Positions 37,689-46,472 of a stretch of DNA of 64,000 nucleotides are shown here, in pieces. Positions within the stretch are counted from its first letter, which is position 1. The number at the start of each line of letters is the position of its first letter. Both the position numbers and the translations under genes were made by a program. The notes beneath the pieces were generated by a model, which saw nothing but the letters and a program-made list of their open reading frames with translations, ran no database searches and had not been told where the DNA came from. The stretch is taken from NCBI GenBank assembly GCA_965228475.1, contig OZ245817.1:768001-832000 (forward strand), written 5' to 3'. Origin of the DNA: Myxococcota bacterium. Its GTDB lineage: Bacteria > Myxococcota_A > UBA9160 > JAFDDA01.

Positions 37689-37789
37689 CCGTTCTCCTCC
37701 TGCGAGCCGAACCGTAGGCCATCGCCCTGTCGGGGGCCCTCGCACGGCGTGCCCTTGCCCGTGCGGGGCGGTTCGTGGTACCCGAAGTC

Positions 37790-38038
37790 ATGCGAAAAAC
37801 GACCTCTTGGCTCGCGGCGGCCGCGCTCGTCCTCGTCGCCTGCGGCCCGCCCAGCAAGCACGACATCCTCTCGAAGGCCGAAGGCGTCGAGACCAAGGCG
37901 GAGCTCGAAGCCGCGCTCGGGGAGCCGAGCGAGCGCAACAAGCTCGGACCGCTCGAGACCTGGACCTACCAGGCGGAGGACGGCGCCGTCACGTTCGTGA
38001 TCACGGGCAACACGGTTCAGCTGAAGACCGCGGAGTAG
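37790..38038 (+). CDS. Small lipoprotein (SmpA/BamE-like)
   Basis: Lipobox LVAC; LGEP...WTY pattern. Confidence 0.65.
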   Translation: MRKTTSWLAAAALVLVACGPPSKHDILSKAEGVETKAELEAALGEPSERNKLGPLETWTYQAEDGAVTFVITGNTVQLKTAE

Positions 38039-38047
38039 GGCGGCACC

Positions 38048-38914
38048 GTGACGCGCGCCTTCACCTGGATCCTCGTGGCCTATGCCGCGGCCCTCGCCGT
38101 CGCCGTTGCCGTCGCCCGGGCGGTGCCGACGGACGACCCGCTCTGGATCGCGCTCTGGGCGGACGTCGCGGCGACCTTCGTGATCTTCGGCTTCAGCGTC
38201 GCCTTCCGGAACTCGAGCTTCTACGACGCTTACTGGAGCGTCGTGCCGCCGGTGATCGCGGTCTATTGGATCTCGGTGGCGCAGCCCGAAGCCTCGGCCG
38301 TCCGCCAGGGGCTCGCGGCGCTGCTCGTCTTCGCCTGGGGCGCCCGCCTCACCTGGAACTGGGCCCGGGGCTGGACCGGCCTCCACCACGAAGACTGGCG
38401 CTACGTCGACCTCCAGGAGAAGACCGGCCGGTGGTACTGGCTCGTTTCCTTCTCCGGGATCCACATGCTCCCGACGCTCTGGGTCTTCGGCGGCTGCCTG
38501 GCGCTCTATCCGGCCCTCGCCGTCGGGGCGCGGCCGCTCGGCTGGCTCGATGCCCTCGCCGTGCTGGTGACCGCGACGGCGGTGTGGCTCGAGTTCCAGG
38601 CGGACCAGGAGCTGCGCGCCTTCCGCGACGACCCGGCCCGCCGCCCCGAAGACGTCCTCGACACCGGCCTCTGGGCCCGCTCGCGCCACCCGAACTACCT
38701 CGGCGAGATGGGCTTCTGGTGGGGCCTGTGGCTCTTCGGCCTGGCCGCGGACCCCTCGTGGGCCTGGACGATCGTCGGGCCCCTCTCGATCACCGCCATG
38801 TTCCGCTTCGCGAGCCTGCCGATGATCGAGAACCGCATGCTCGCGCGGCGTCCCGAAACCTTCGTGGCGTATCAGAATCGAACGCCCATGGTTCTTCCCC
38901 GACCCTGGAAGTAG
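38048..38914 (+). CDS. DUF1295 family (steroid 5-alpha reductase-like) membrane protein
   Basis: NSSFYDAYWS, EDWRY, ADQEL and SRHPNYLGE motifs. Confidence 0.9.
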   Translation: MTRAFTWILVAYAAALAVAVAVARAVPTDDPLWIALWADVAATFVIFGFSVAFRNSSFYDAYWSVVPPVIAVYWISVAQPEASAVRQGLAALLVFAWGARLTWNWARGWTGLHHEDWRYVDLQEKTGRWYWLVSFSGIHMLPTLWVFGGCLALYPALAVGARPLGWLDALAVLVTATAVWLEFQADQELRAFRDDPARRPEDVLDTGLWARSRHPNYLGEMGFWWGLWLFGLAADPSWAWTIVGPLSITAMFRFASLPMIENRMLARRPETFVAYQNRTPMVLPRPWK

Positions 38915-38928
38915 ACCGCCGGGGCAAG

Positions 38929-39031
38929 TGGAATAAACGTTCCAGAAAGTTTCTTTTCCTTCAAAATCAAACAATTAGAGCTTTCGGTCATAAAAAAAGC
39001 TCCGCCATGCCCGCTCGGCTCGGGCCATAAT
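38929..39031 (+). promoter_or_regulatory. AT-rich regulatory region upstream of TetR gene
   Basis: TGGAA-N6-TTCCA, IHF-consensus match AATCAAACAATTA, GAGCTTT...AAAGCTC, CATAAT. Confidence 0.5.
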
Positions 39032-39039
39032 GGGCCCGG

Positions 39040-39756
39040 TTGGCTGGAACCGAAGAGGTGCAGACCGTGGCGATTCCTTCCCTTCCCCAAGCGAGTGAGA
39101 CCCCCCAAACGAACGAGGCGCGGCCGACGAACTCCGCCGAGCGCAAGGCCGAGACGCGACGGCGGATCCTCGCGGCGGCGCGGCCGGTCTTCCTGCGTGA
39201 GGGCTTCATCTCGGCCAACCTGAACGAGGTGGCCCGCGAGGCCGGCGTCGGGAAGGGCACCCTCTACCGCCACTTCGAGAACAAGGGCGAGCTCTACCTG
39301 GCCGTGCTCTCGGAGAACGGTGAGATCTTCCTCGAGGAGATGCGCAGCGCCATCGACTTCGACGTCTCGGCGCTCGAGCAGATCGAGCAGATCGCCAAGT
39401 TCTACGTCGACTTCTGGGTGCGCCACCCGGAGTACTTCAAGATCACCTGGGCCGTGCAGAACCCGGAGCTGATCGGGCCGATCTCCCCCGAGCTCGAGCG
39501 GCGCCTGGCGGACAGCTTCGAGAAGCCGGTCCGGCTGCTCGAGGCGCTGATCAAGAACGGCGTCGAGCGCGGCGAGCTCCGCCCGTGCGACCCGTGGAAC
39601 ATGGCCAACGCGATCGGCATCTGCGGGGGCGCGGCCGTCGGCTACATCATCGGCATGAGCAAGAGCCCGCTCGAGCGCGATGCGCGCGCCGTCTGGGAGC
39701 AGATGCTCGATCTCGCCCTCGCGGGATTGCGGCCGCACCCGACCGACCGGCAGTAG
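39040..39756 (+). CDS. TetR/AcrR family transcriptional regulator
   Basis: ILAAA..VF..EG, VAREAGVGKGTLYRHFENK HTH; start uncertain. Confidence 0.93.
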   Translation: MAGTEEVQTVAIPSLPQASETPQTNEARPTNSAERKAETRRRILAAARPVFLREGFISANLNEVAREAGVGKGTLYRHFENKGELYLAVLSENGEIFLEEMRSAIDFDVSALEQIEQIAKFYVDFWVRHPEYFKITWAVQNPELIGPISPELERRLADSFEKPVRLLEALIKNGVERGELRPCDPWNMANAIGICGGAAVGYIIGMSKSPLERDARAVWEQMLDLALAGLRPHPTDRQ

Positions 39757-39773
39757 CGCGGCCTTCCCTCGAT

Positions 39774-40256
39774 CTAGTGATCGTGGTGTTCGTGCGGGTC
39801 GCCGCCCGCAGCCGCGCGGAGGTCGGCCTCGACCGTCCGTTCGCTGCCGTCGTCGAAGCGGAGCTGCAGCGGCACGGAATCGCCCGAGGGTTCGAGCCCG
39901 AACAGCATCAGGTGGTAGCCGCCGGGTTCGAAGGTGACGTGAGCGTCCGGCGCGACGGCGACGGATTCGACGCGGCCCATGCGCGCGACGTCGCCCTCGA
40001 GCCAGGAACGGTGGAGCTCGACGCGGTCCGCGGCGGCGCTCTCGACGGCGACGAGGCTCCGCTCCGCCGAGGTCCCGTTGTGCAGCAGGAAGTAGCCACC
40101 CGCCGGGCCGCTGCCCGCCGGGTTCGGTGCGACCCACGCGTTGGCGACGTGCATCTCGCCCGGGCCTTCCCCGCCCCCGCAGGCCGCGAGGCCGAGCGCC
40201 AGGGCGGCGAAGACCATCCGCGCCGTGCGCCAATGGGTCGGGGCCGCGCGCCTCAT
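39774..40256 (-). CDS. Copper chaperone PCu(A)C family lipoprotein
   Basis: LAAC lipobox; ELH...RM...PGGYHLML Cu motif; His-rich tail; ATGA overlap with SCO gene. Confidence 0.88.
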   Translation of the reverse strand: MRRAAPTHWRTARMVFAALALGLAACGGGEGPGEMHVANAWVAPNPAGSGPAGGYFLLHNGTSAERSLVAVESAAADRVELHRSWLEGDVARMGRVESVAVAPDAHVTFEPGGYHLMLFGLEPSGDSVPLQLRFDDGSERTVEADLRAAAGGDPHEHHDH

Positions 40257-40939
40257 CGCGAAGCCAGACGCCGGATGGCGCGATAGGCCTCCGCCGCCGC
40301 CTCCGGCTCGATGGGCGGCGAGAAGACCGCGTGGAGTTCGGCCTGGGGATCGACGAGCAGCACGGACGCGCTGTGGTCGAAGTCGTACTGCTCCTCGGTG
40401 CCGCCGGCGGCCCGCTCGTGGAAGACCCCGATGGCTCCGGTCAGGCGCGCGAGTTCCTCGGGCTCGCCCATGGCCCCGCGGAAGTCGCCGTCGAAGTGCT
40501 CGACGTACTTGCGCAGGGTCTCGGGCGCGTCGCGCTCCGGGTCGACGGAGACGAAGACCCACTGGGCGTCGAGCGCCGGGCTCCCGGCCTGGAGCTCCTG
40601 GCGCAGGTCGCGCAGGGCGCCGAGGGTGAGCGGGCAGATGCTCGGGCAGTTCGTGTAGCCGAAGAAGACGAAGCTCCACTCGCCGGTGAAGGCATCGCGC
40701 GAGAAGGGCTGGCCCGCGTCGTCCGTGAGGGTGAACTCCGGAAGCGGCTTCGGGACGGGCAGGACCGTCGCGGCGTTGCCGATCTCCGGCGGGGTCTCGG
40801 GGATGGCGTCGAGCAGCTCCCGGATGAACCAGAGCCCGCCGACGGCGATCAGCAGCCCGATCACCCGCACGCCCCAGCGCAGGGTCGGGTTCTGGTTCGG
40901 CGCACGCACGAGCTCGTGGGGAGGCGTCTCGCTGCTCAT
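40253..40939 (-). CDS. SCO1/SenC family copper chaperone
   Basis: N-terminal TM; FFGYTNCPSICP; VSVDPERD; DHS. Confidence 0.93.
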   Translation of the reverse strand: MSSETPPHELVRAPNQNPTLRWGVRVIGLLIAVGGLWFIRELLDAIPETPPEIGNAATVLPVPKPLPEFTLTDDAGQPFSRDAFTGEWSFVFFGYTNCPSICPLTLGALRDLRQELQAGSPALDAQWVFVSVDPERDAPETLRKYVEHFDGDFRGAMGEPEELARLTGAIGVFHERAAGGTEEQYDFDHSASVLLVDPQAELHAVFSPPIEPEAAAEAYRAIRRLASR

Positions 40940-41373
40940 CGCCAACCGATCGGCTGATAGCCGCGCTCGCGCAGGCACATCTCGACGAAGCGGCGCTCGA
41001 CGGCGTCGGGCTCGCGCCAGCGGAAGAGGCCCCGGACGAGGCTCCCGGCGCCCGCGGCCGCCGCGCCAGTGGCGGCGCCGATTCCGGCTCCGCCGCCGCG
41101 GATGGCGCCGGCCGCCGCGCCCGCCGCGGCACCCGTGGCCGCGCCCGTCGCGGTTCCGCCGGCGAGCCGCCCGGCGCGGCCCGTTCCGGCGCCCGCCGCG
41201 TCGGCCCAATCCCGGCACTGGTCGATGTCGAACTCCGCGCCCTCGGGGCCGCGGTCGTAGTAGGTGGCGTTCGGGTAGAGCACGGGCTTCTTGCTGCAGG
41301 CGGGAAGCCCGAGGCACAGGAGCGCGGCCGATGCGTAGGCGAGGTGCCGCGGCCTTCGCGGGGATTGTCGCAT
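40936..41373 (-). CDS. Glycine-zipper lipoprotein
   Basis: LPAC lipobox; GAATGAAAGAAAG zipper; CLRERGY; ATGA overlap with SCO gene. Confidence 0.8.
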   Translation of the reverse strand: MRQSPRRPRHLAYASAALLCLGLPACSKKPVLYPNATYYDRGPEGAEFDIDQCRDWADAAGAGTGRAGRLAGGTATGAATGAAAGAAAGAIRGGGAGIGAATGAAAAGAGSLVRGLFRWREPDAVERRFVEMCLRERGYQPIGWR

Positions 41374-41430
41374 GGCGGAAACGTAACACCCCCGGCGGGG
41401 CGCGGCTTGGCGCGGCGGCCTTCGGTGCTG

Positions 41431-41829
41431 CTAGCCGACGCTCTCGACGTCGCCGCCCCGGGTGTGCGGTGCGGCGTCCGCGAAGCCGACCCCGCAGTGG
41501 GCGCAACGCCGGCGAAACGGGGAGGGCGCGTGGTCCGGGGCTTCCCCGAAGAAGGCCTTCGCGCAGCGCGGGCACTCGCAGGAGAGGAGCTCGCAGACCT
41601 CGTCGACGAAGTGGATCGCGGCGAGGGAGAAGAGGCCGGTCGCGGCCAGGAACAGGAACTGGAGGTCGAGCGGGTTCTCGGCCAGGGCACCGGCGCCGAG
41701 CACCAGGACCGCCGCCGAGGCGAGCAGTCCCGGCGCCTGGACGAGCAGGCTGCGGCGCTTGCGCGAGAGCCGGGCGAGTTCCTCGCGGGCGTTCGCGGCG
41801 GGCCCGAGCTCGATCGGTGCGGTCTCCAT
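41431..41829 (-). CDS. Hypothetical 2-TM protein with C-terminal zinc ribbon
   Basis: GGAGG RBS; two hydrophobic helices; CPRC...CAHC. Confidence 0.65.
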   Translation of the reverse strand: METAPIELGPAANAREELARLSRKRRSLLVQAPGLLASAAVLVLGAGALAENPLDLQFLFLAATGLFSLAAIHFVDEVCELLSCECPRCAKAFFGEAPDHAPSPFRRRCAHCGVGFADAAPHTRGGDVESVG

Positions 41830-41855
41830 GCCCTCCGGATCGGCCGCGCCGCCTT

Positions 41856-41918
41856 CCGGCTTGAATTCGGCTCGATCAGGCTTGAATTCGGCTGAATCCG
41901 GCTCGAATTCCGCCGCCG
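41856..41918. repeat. Three imperfect 21-bp tandem repeats with GAATTC core
   Basis: ccggcttgaattcggctcgat / caggcttgaattcggctgaat / ccggctcgaattccgccgccg. Confidence 0.7.
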
Positions 41919-41920
41919 AC

Positions 41921-42370
41921 CTAGAGCGTCTTTCGGAAACAGACGATCCGCGCCGTCTCTTCGAAGCCGAGGGCGCGGTGGGCGGCGTGGCTCGCCTCGT
42001 TCGTGAGCAGCGCATCGCTCGCGATCTCGCGGAAGCCCCGCTCCCGGGCCCAGGCCTCGGCGGCGCCCATCAAGCGGGCACCGACTCCGCGCCCCCGTGC
42101 GCCCGGTTCGACCCACCAGCCCTCGACGTAGGGGACCGGGGAGCTCTCGCAGTCTTCGGCGTAGGAGCGGAGGCCCAGCTCGAGGAAGGCCTCGAGCTGC
42201 CCCGGGGCCCCCTCCGCGACGAAGACCTCGCCCCCGCGCCGCTCCCCGCCGAGGAAGGCGTCGATCGCCTCCGGATGCTCCTCGGCATCCTCGGGCCAGA
42301 GGGCCGTTCGCATCCGCAGCCACGCGGCGCGGTCCCCAGGGCCCACGGTTCGGACGTTCCCGATGGCCAT
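41921..42370 (-). CDS. GNAT acetyltransferase, AAC(6')-I-like
   Basis: WLRMRTALWP, LRSYAEDCESSPV.YVEGWWV, ASDA...N..S...H.ALGF. Confidence 0.82.
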   Translation of the reverse strand: MAIGNVRTVGPGDRAAWLRMRTALWPEDAEEHPEAIDAFLGGERRGGEVFVAEGAPGQLEAFLELGLRSYAEDCESSPVPYVEGWWVEPGARGRGVGARLMGAAEAWARERGFREIASDALLTNEASHAAHRALGFEETARIVCFRKTL

Positions 42371-42397
42371 GGGGCCTTCCTGCTAGAATGGGCAGCC

Positions 42398-42946
42398 ATG
42401 AAGCCCGAAGATTGCGTTCTGTTCAGCGGGGCCGCCAGCGGCGCCGAGGCCGCCTTCGGCGAAGCGGCCGAGCGCGCTGGCATCGACGAAGTGAACTACA
42501 CCTTCGAGGGGCACAAGGATGCGCGCACGCGCGGCCTCCGCGTGCTGACCCACGAAGAGCTCGCCCAGGGCGACGTGAGCCTCGCCTACGTCAGTAAGCT
42601 CATGCACCGCCACTACAAGGACACGCCGCTCTTCCGCAAGGTGCTCCAGAGCATCTGGCACCAGGTGAACCAGGGCCAGGAGATCTACGTCGTCGGGCGG
42701 ATCCTCGACGATGCCACAGTGAAGGGCGGCACCGGCTGGGGCGCGGAGTTCGCGAAGCTCTGCAACAAGCCGCTCTACGTGTTCGATCAGCCCAAGGCCG
42801 ATTGGTTCCACTGGGACGGCGAGGACTGGCAGCCCGGCGCCAAGCCCACCGTCACCCACCCGCACTTCACCGGAACGGGGACGCGCTTCCTCGAGGACGC
42901 CGGCCGCCAGGCCATCGACGACCTCTTCTCACGATCCTTCGGCTGA
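42398..42946 (+). CDS. Conserved hypothetical protein, possible SLOG-like fold
   Basis: SGAASGAE, VKGGTGW and FTGTGTR glycine motifs. Confidence 0.7.
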   Translation: MKPEDCVLFSGAASGAEAAFGEAAERAGIDEVNYTFEGHKDARTRGLRVLTHEELAQGDVSLAYVSKLMHRHYKDTPLFRKVLQSIWHQVNQGQEIYVVGRILDDATVKGGTGWGAEFAKLCNKPLYVFDQPKADWFHWDGEDWQPGAKPTVTHPHFTGTGTRFLEDAGRQAIDDLFSRSFG

Positions 42947-43363
42947 ATCCGCGCCGCCGCGGCGCGAGGTGCGCTCCACCACGGCGTCGAGCCGTCGGTC
43001 GATCGCTTCCTTCGCGTGGGCGGTGACGCCGCCCTTCTCGACCTGCTCCGCGAGCAGGACTTCGAGCTTCTCCACGACCCGGTCGACGTTGCGATCGCTC
43101 GCGTGGGGCGAGCGCGGCTCGATGCGGTCCGCCGCGCCGAACAGATCGATGAAGCGCTCGCTGCGCCGCGCCGCGACGAGGGTCTCGTAGAAGTAGGGCC
43201 GCGGGCGGTCTCCGGAGAGGAGATCGAGCAGCGCCGCGAAGAGCGAGATCGGCGAGAGCAGCACGTCGCGCAGGGCGTCGAGGGCGAGCTTCACCTGGAA
43301 GACGAGGACGTCGCGGATCAGGTCCCAGCGCTCGGGCGCCGGAGGGGCTTCGGGTCCGGCCAT
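42929..43363 (-). CDS. Conserved hypothetical protein
   Basis: GAGGAG RBS; RDVLVFQVKLALDALRDVLLSP helical segment. Confidence 0.7.
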   Translation of the reverse strand: MAGPEAPPAPERWDLIRDVLVFQVKLALDALRDVLLSPISLFAALLDLLSGDRPRPYFYETLVAARRSERFIDLFGAADRIEPRSPHASDRNVDRVVEKLEVLLAEQVEKGGVTAHAKEAIDRRLDAVVERTSRRGGADSAEGS

Positions 43364-43471
43364 GGCTCCTCCTCGAGGGCGGCGGGCGTGGCCGCTCGCC
43401 GAGACTACCCCGCGGAATGCGGGGAGCGGTAGCCTTCCCTCGCGAAGCCACCCCGAGCCCGAGAGGTCCCC

Positions 43472-44359
43472 ATGCCCGAACCGTCCGAACCCGTCCGCTA
43501 CGAAGAGCGCGGCGCCATCGCCATTCTCACGATCGACCGGCCCGAGAAGCTGAACACCCTGACCGAAGGCGTGGTCCAGGGCGTGGCCGACGGGATCGAC
43601 CGGGCAACCGCCTCGCGCGAGGTGCGCGCCATCGTCCTGCGCGGCGAAGGGCGCACCTTCACCGCGGGCTACGACCTGACGGGCGGCGGCGAGGACGGCG
43701 GGAGCGGCGGCGGCTGGAAGAGCCCCTTCGACGCGCCGGGCCCGGAGCCGCGCGAGGGCGCCTGGGACCCGGTGCGCGACTACCAGTTCATGAACCGCAA
43801 CGTCGAGCGCTTCATGAAGATCTGGCACTGCCCGAAGCCGGTGATCGGCCAGATCCACGGCTTCGCCGTCGGCGGCGCCACGGACCTCGTGCTCTGCTGC
43901 GACCAGCTCTTCATGGCCGAGGACGCCTTCATCGGATACGCGCCCTCGCGCATCTTCGGCACGCCGACGACGATGCTCTGGGTCTACCGCCTCGGCCTCG
44001 AGCACGCGAAGCAGTTCCTGCTCTCGGGCAAGGCGATCGATGCGGCGACGGCCCTGCGCATCGGGCTCGTCTCGGAGGTCCACCCGGCCGAGGAGCTTCC
44101 CGCGCGCGTCGAGGAGCACGCCGAGCGCTTCCGCCACATCCCCGCCAACCAGCTCGCGCTGAACAAGCTCCTCATCAACCAGGCCTTCGAGAACATGGGC
44201 CTGCGCACGACCCAGCTCCTCGGGACCTTCTTCGACGGCGTCACGCGCCACACCGAGGAGGCCTACCGCTGGGTCGAGGCCTTCCAGGAGAAGGGCTTCC
44301 GCGAAGTCATCCGCGAACGCGACGCGCCCTTCGGGGACTACGGGGAACGGAAGCGCTAG
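43472..44359 (+). CDS. Crotonase/enoyl-CoA hydratase family protein
   Basis: LTIDRPEKLN, FTAGYDL, KPVIGQIHGFAVGGA motifs. Confidence 0.92.
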   Translation: MPEPSEPVRYEERGAIAILTIDRPEKLNTLTEGVVQGVADGIDRATASREVRAIVLRGEGRTFTAGYDLTGGGEDGGSGGGWKSPFDAPGPEPREGAWDPVRDYQFMNRNVERFMKIWHCPKPVIGQIHGFAVGGATDLVLCCDQLFMAEDAFIGYAPSRIFGTPTTMLWVYRLGLEHAKQFLLSGKAIDAATALRIGLVSEVHPAEELPARVEEHAERFRHIPANQLALNKLLINQAFENMGLRTTQLLGTFFDGVTRHTEEAYRWVEAFQEKGFREVIRERDAPFGDYGERKR

Positions 44360-45327
44360 GAGCTGGGCGCGGCGGGCCCCGGCCGGCCGCCGGTGAAGCC
44401 CGGCAGGAAGAGCTGGAAGTCGTCGACGTTCACGAAGTCGTCGCCGCTCATGTCGATGCCCTGGTTCCCGGGGTCCTGGCCGAGCACGAAGGCCGGCAGG
44501 AACAGATTGAAGTCGGCGACGTTGCAGAAGCCGTCGTTGTCGAAGTCGCAATCACACGGGTCGCCGACGCCGTCGGCGTCGCGGTCGGTCTGGTTGCCGA
44601 GGGCATCGTTCTCAGGCCCGTTCGGGACGTTCGTGCAGTTGTCGGTTGCGTCCGGGACCCCGTCGGAGTCCGCGTCGGCCATCTGGGCGGTGGGTGCGAT
44701 GGCGAAGAACTCGAGCTCCCAGACCTGGTTGAGGCCGACTGGTCCCGAAGAGGCGTTGACGCTCGCAAAGGTCCGCAGGGGCACCTGGACGGTATCGCCT
44801 GCGATGAACTCGAGAAGTGTCGAGGATGGCAAGGAGCCTCGCTCGACCTGCGGAGGGCCATTGGAGGCGAGCGCGGCAGTCCCGGCCAGGGCCGTGCTCG
44901 TGTAGTAAGCGGTCCCCGGTCCTGTGCCGATGTTGACACTTGCGCCGCTTGACGACGACTCGTTGGAGTCGGAGATCGATCGAAGCCGAAGACCCAATGT
45001 CGTAGTGGGTTGACCGAACTCAGGGACGGAGAACTCGACGACTTGGTCGCCTTCCAGGAAGACGATGCCACTTTGCATTCCCTGGATCTGAAAACGCAAC
45101 GATTGTTGTCCGAACGTCAGGCCGGCAACGCCAGATCCACCCGGAGAGTTCCAGGGGAGTGCCAAGTCTCCCGCACCGCTTGTGTCGAAGCTGTTGTTCG
45201 ACGCTGTGACCTTCAACGAAGCCCCGACAGGAGAGATATCGACGGGAACCAATTCGACGGCAACTGCCGACCCGGCGAGTACAGTCAGAAAGGGGAGGAG
45301 CAAGAAGGGTCGCGAACGGGGGTACAT
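44356..45327 (-). CDS. Secreted protein with C-terminal TSP3-like and dockerin/EF-hand-like Ca-binding motifs
   Basis: Signal peptide; DADSDGVPDATDNC, DRDADGVGDPCD, DFDNDGFCNVADF, DMSGDDFVNVDDF; N-terminal half visibly lower in GC. Confidence 0.75.
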   Translation of the reverse strand: MYPRSRPFLLLPFLTVLAGSAVAVELVPVDISPVGASLKVTASNNSFDTSGAGDLALPWNSPGGSGVAGLTFGQQSLRFQIQGMQSGIVFLEGDQVVEFSVPEFGQPTTTLGLRLRSISDSNESSSSGASVNIGTGPGTAYYTSTALAGTAALASNGPPQVERGSLPSSTLLEFIAGDTVQVPLRTFASVNASSGPVGLNQVWELEFFAIAPTAQMADADSDGVPDATDNCTNVPNGPENDALGNQTDRDADGVGDPCDCDFDNDGFCNVADFNLFLPAFVLGQDPGNQGIDMSGDDFVNVDDFQLFLPGFTGGRPGPAAPSS

Positions 45328-45375
45328 CGAGTCTCCTGACCCCACCCCCGGGTCGGAGATCGTATCACGGGGCGG

Positions 45376-46131
45376 CTAGCGCTCGGCGACGAAGAGGCGG
45401 TAGCCGCAGTCGAGGGTGTCGCGCTCGAGGAGGTCGGCGTGGCGGTCGTGCCAGCGGCCGCCCTCGAGGTCGTCGCGGAGCTGGGAGATGCCGCGTGCGA
45501 CCACTTCTGGCGCGAGCTTCGCGATGCTCGAGATCGAGGCGCGCACCTCGGGGTCGAGGTAGCGCTCGGGGCGGCGCCAGTAGCAGGCGAGGAAGCCGTC
45601 GACGCAGTCCCAGGGCACGAGGATCGGTTCGACGCGCGCGCCGCCCAGGCCGCGGGTGACCTGTTCGACGGTCGGAGCGTCGGCGTCGACGTCTTCGATC
45701 TCGGGCAGGTACTCGACGAGCCAGAAGGCGTCGTGGGGCTTCGGGTCGAAGCCGAAGATGACGTTGCGGGGCGCCACCCGGCGCATCTCGGCGAGGCCGG
45801 CGTCGAGGTCGGTCCAGTGGTGGATGGTGAGGACGGCGAGCGTGGCGTCGAAGGCGTCGTCGGGGAACGGGAGGGCTTCGCCGACGCCGCGCACGGCCGC
45901 GCGCGTGCGCTGGGCGAGCATCTCACGCGAGGGCTCGACGGCGGTCACTTCGCAGCCGGCCGGTTCGTAGGAGCCCGTGCCGGCGCCGACGTTGCAGATG
46001 CGCCGGGCGCCGCCGAGGGCCGCGTCGAGCTGGGCCTGGATGCGCGGGTCGGGCCGGCGATGGCGCGCGTAGCCGCGCCCGATCTCGTCGTAGACGTCCG
46101 GGTGGGATTCGTAGGCGCCCGGCTCCGTCAC
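45376..46131 (-). CDS. Class I SAM-dependent methyltransferase
   Basis: NVGAGTGSY, AVEPS, GEALPFPDDAFD motifs; GTGA overlap with thioredoxin. Confidence 0.88.
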   Translation of the reverse strand: MTEPGAYESHPDVYDEIGRGYARHRRPDPRIQAQLDAALGGARRICNVGAGTGSYEPAGCEVTAVEPSREMLAQRTRAAVRGVGEALPFPDDAFDATLAVLTIHHWTDLDAGLAEMRRVAPRNVIFGFDPKPHDAFWLVEYLPEIEDVDADAPTVEQVTRGLGGARVEPILVPWDCVDGFLACYWRRPERYLDPEVRASISSIAKLAPEVVARGISQLRDDLEGGRWHDRHADLLERDTLDCGYRLFVAER

Positions 46132-46451
46132 TGCGCCTGGCCGAGCAGCGCGCTGAACTCGGACTTCGGCCGCGCGCCGACGAGCTGCCCGCGGACGACC
46201 CCGCCTTGGAAGAGCAGCACGGTCGGCATGGCACGCACGGCGTAGCGGGAGGACGTCGCCATGTTCTCGGCGGCGTGGATCTTCACGATCTTGGCCTTCC
46301 CGGCGTGCTCGTCGGCGAGCTCCGAGAGGATCGGCGAGATCTGACGGCAGGCCGGGCAGTGGTCGCCCCAGAAATCGACGAGCACCGGCACGTCGCTCTC
46401 GACGACCTCGCGCTCGAAGGATTCGTCGGTCACGTCGCGCAGCTCGGCCAT
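46128..46451 (-). CDS. Thioredoxin family protein (HCPAC variant)
   Basis: PVLVDFWGDHCPAC, cis-Pro MPT, VGARPK. Confidence 0.88.
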   Translation of the reverse strand: MAELRDVTDESFEREVVESDVPVLVDFWGDHCPACRQISPILSELADEHAGKAKIVKIHAAENMATSSRYAVRAMPTVLLFQGGVVRGQLVGARPKSEFSALLGQAQ

Positions 46452-46472
46452 CGTCCGCTCCTCTCGGTGGGA

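Noticed and set aside
39774..42323. 849-aa ORF as one protein
   Set aside because: Only the last ~160 aa (PCuAC) look real; the rest overlaps other genes out of frame. The same holds for 45376..47820, 42929..44551 and 61392..63986.
45376..46131. Methyltransferase as the missing EgtD
   Set aside because: Generic class I enzyme, shorter than EgtD and without the motifs I associate with it; in a separate unit on the other strand.
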